Of a stretch of DNA of 64,000 nucleotides, positions 60,807 through 64,000 are shown piece by piece (position 1 is the stretch's first letter; each line of letters begins with the position of its first letter). The stretch is from the human T2T-CHM13v2.0 reference genome, Homo sapiens. A program made the translations under genes and the position numbers. The notes beneath the pieces are model-generated. The model was not told the origin of the DNA, searched no databases, and worked only from the letters and a program-made list of their open reading frames with translations. Location of the stretch: NCBI RefSeq assembly GCF_009914755.1, contig NC_060944.1. One strand, 5' to 3'.

Positions 60807-62221
60807 GTAAAGTAACTTTGGATTGCTCAGCTATGTCTGCTGTTTTCTAGACAGTTGTTTCCCCGTGAAGGCCTGACCTTCAGATGAATGGAGTGCAACT
60901 CTGTTACATTTTCACTATTTCATTAATGTAATTCGTCTCCCTTTCTGAGACATACATTTAAATCCAAGGGGAGGATGCTCACTGGAGTTTAATTGCCATC
61001 GTTTAATATCTCTGGAATGAAAATTCTGGCAGTGAAGAATTCAAAGCCTCCATTTTAGACTTTGGTCACATTTGTATATATTTTGTTTCTTGCAAAAAGT
61101 TCAAATTTTAAATCGTTTTGCATCATGTGGATTTAGAGTACATGGTATAGAGATGGCCTTTACACTGGTTGAATAAACCATGTTAATTACAGAAGATTTT
61201 AAATTTAATTGGGAAGGAGAAAAGAGAGGTATTATAATATTGGAATAAACCTGTAGCATTTACTACCAATCTCTACTGCTGTTTACATTTTATATTGACA
61301 AACTTAACTTGCTGAAGGCTAAAAATTGATTTGTCCTGCCCCATTTCCATTATAGTTAAAGTCATTATGTGAAACAACAGAAGCTTTTATAAAGGGGGGA
61401 ACTTGTGTCTATCTTTACAATTAACTAGGAAACTGGCATTAAAGAATATCAGTCTACTGGCTCTCTAGTGTAGAGAACCTAATTGCTAAAAATGTGCTAT
61501 TCCAAAATGGCAAGTCCCAACCACTTTGTTAACATTTTCTGTGCTTTGACAGTTAGGTTAGATTGCATATCCTTTGCACTATGAAATGTTAAGTATGACT
61601 CTAGACTCTTTCTTTTAGATAATCAGTTGATACATGTCAATTGAACAAAGTACTATGGAATATTAAATTATAAGAAAGATACGGTCTGTCTCCATGAAGG
61701 CCTGCTATTTAGCTAGAGACAAGATATTTGAGTAAAATAAATGGTGAAGGCAGGTGTTGTGCATAAAGATAGCATATAAGGACTTCTTTAAGGGCTAAAT
61801 TGCTTGAGTAGATGTTACATGAAGAAATGGGTGAAGGAGATCAATGTGGGCTGGAGTTGGGGAGAAGGTTTCCAGGAGAAAATAGGTCTCAATTTTGACT
61901 TTGAGTGCTTTGTAGAAAGGAGTAGAGCATTAAGGCTGAGACAGTTCACTAGGGTCCTGCTTAAGATGGAGGTTATCTGGTGTTCATGAAGTCAGAAGAA
62001 GGGTTAGTAGAAAAAGACCTTTAAGATGCTGAAGAATGGTAGTGCTACAACAATCCCTGTGCTTTGTAAAGACAGAAGTTAGAATGTGCATAAGTGATTA
62101 ACATTGCTGTGGAGGAGGACTGCCTCTTCCTGAGAGCCAGTGGGAAAGAAGAAAGGATAGGTACAGAGAAATGTTGAGGGAACTTCTGATGGATGGTTAG
62201 AGACCTTTCAGGAAAGCAGAT

Positions 62222-63800
62222 TTTCTTAGGTTGTGTTCCTAGAAGTTGAGCCTACTATGAAGATTCCAGTACAAGTTAGTCATTGAAGAAGAGCTTCAGG
62301 AGAAAGAGGAGTGAGGCTGGATAGGGTAAGAAAGAAGAGAGCAAATAAAAGGCCTTCCAATAATGTTGAGCCTCCACCTGACCCTATGTGGAGCTCTGGA
62401 GTATGAATGGCACCAGAGGGTTGTTCTGCCTTGAGAAAAATGGGCCAGGTATTTGCATTTGCACCCTGTTTCCATTAGTGATTACCCAGCTGCAACCTCC
62501 CAGGTGCAGTCATGTACCACATAAGGAGGTTTGGGTCAACAGTGGACAGTGAGCTGAGAAATTGACGTTGCCTGGTGACTTTGCAGCCCTCATAGTGCAA
62601 CGCATTACTCACGTGTTTGCAGTGATGTACCCAAACCTACTGCAGTGCCAATTGTGCATAAGAGTCTAGAAATACAATTATGTATATTACATAGTACTTG
62701 ATAATGGTGATAAATTACTATGTTACTGGTTTCTGTATTTACTATACTATACTTTTTATCATTATTTTAGAGTGTACTCCTTCTACTTATGATAAAAAGT
62801 TAACTGTAAAATAGCCTCAGCCAGATCCTTCAAGAGGTATTCTAGAAGCCATAGTTATCAAGGAGATGACAGCTCCATGCATGCATTGCCCCTAAAGACC
62901 TCCCAGTGGACAAAATAAACATACTGATAGTGCCGACTCTGTGTAAGCCTAGGCTAATGTGTGCTTTGTGTCTTAGTTTTTAACAAAAATGTTTAAAAAG
63001 TAAAAATATTAAAAATAAAAATATTAAATGTAGAGGAAGCCTTATAGAATAGGGACATAAAGGAATAAAATATTTTTGTATATTTGTACAATGTGTTTAC
63101 ATTTTAAGCTAAGCATTATTACAAGAGTCAAAAAGCTAAAACAATTAAAAAGTTTATAAGATAAAAAAATTATAGTAAGCTGAGTTTATTATTGAAGAAA
63201 GAATATTTTTAATAAATATATAGACTGTGTAAAATGTTTATAAAGTTCACAGTAGTGTACAGGAAATGTCCTAGGCCTTCACATTCACTTACCACTCACT
63301 CACTGACTCACTCAAAGCAACTCCCAGCCCTGAAAGATTCATTCATGGTGACTGGCCTATACAGATGTACCCTTTTTCAATCTTTTATACTGTATTTTTA
63401 CTGTACCTTTTCTATGTTTAGATATGCAAATATTTACCATTGTGCTACAATTGCCTACAGTGTCCAGTATAGTAACAAGCTGTACAGGCTTGTATTTCAG
63501 GAGCAATAGGCTATGCCATATAGCCTAGGTGTGTAGCAGGCCATGGCATCTAGGTTTGTGTAAGTGCACTCTGTGATGTTCACACAATGATGAAATCACT
63601 CAACAGTGCATTTTTCAGAAAGTGTCCTGTTCATTAAGCGATGTGTGACTGTATTTCCAGGCAGGTGGCTTCTGTCTGATGAAGGTAAGTCATTGGCAAA
63701 GAGGGCAGGTGTGAACCATTGGCAGCCAACAGTTACAGCAGCCTGGGGAGGGATACACTTGTCCAGGAAAGAGAATCTGAGTGCACCAAGGAATCTACTG
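62222..63800 (-). mobile_element. ERVL LTR (LTR33-like) split by Tigger3
   Basis: Starts taggttgtgttcctagaag; resumes after the transposon at tttccaggcaggtggcttctg ... gcagccaac ... gaatctgagtgcacc. Confidence 0.55.
62507..63651 (+). mobile_element. Tigger3 (Golem/MER7) non-autonomous DNA transposon, ~1.15 kb
   Basis: Termini cagtcatgtaccacataa and ttaagcgatgtgtgactg followed by TA; internal ggccttcacattcact and ctaggtttgtgtaagtgcactctgtgatgttcacacaa blocks. Confidence 0.9.
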
Positions 63801-64000
63801 GACAGACCTTCTTACTATCTCTCAAAAAAATACTTTTTAGAAAATCCCTCTTCTCCCTATTTTGCCACTGTGTCCAAGAGCAATTCTCTGACATATACTT
63901 AAATAGAAAGTAAAAACAGCATAATATCTTAAACTGCCCCCAACCCCAACCATGATCTACTGCTCATATCCCTTTTGTGCCAGGTTTTGACAAAGTCACA

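Noticed and set aside
60432-60815. 127-aa Pro/Ser/Leu-rich ORF
   Set aside because: Translation of the C/T low-complexity tract, which lacks stop codons by composition.

Overview
This is primate (very likely human) nuclear DNA, probably intronic or intergenic; I could not identify the locus. I recognise no protein-coding exon, tRNA, rRNA, CpG island or CRISPR array. The ORF track consists of short chance ORFs or ORFs read through Alu, THE1, L1 and low-complexity DNA. Roughly half the window is recognisable transposon DNA: about 17 Alu/FLAM copies (many with visible target-site duplications, TSDs), a complete THE1 (MaLR) element, solo MST/MLT1/MER39/ERVL LTRs, old L1 and L2/MIR fragments, and many DNA-transposon fossils (about 13 MER5, MER3, MER53, MER63, MER6-like, MADE1, Tigger3). 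Between these are repeat-poor islands with enhancer-like motif content, best at about 44.0-46.9 kb. Most notable observations: (1) an AluY that replaced about 26 bp of the 5' THE1 LTR without a TSD, readable against the sister LTR; (2) three + strand candidate exons at 13.2-14.8 kb that splice in frame and end in a MADE1/miR-548-type hairpin; (3) several micro-rearrangements with fold-back signatures, including a perfect 19-bp inverted repeat and a triple POU octamer; (4) a diverged ~100-bp non-TE duplication; (5) local clustering of MER5. I found no convincing new biological system. All repeat family calls are by eye against remembered consensus sequences; boundaries of old repeats are approximate.
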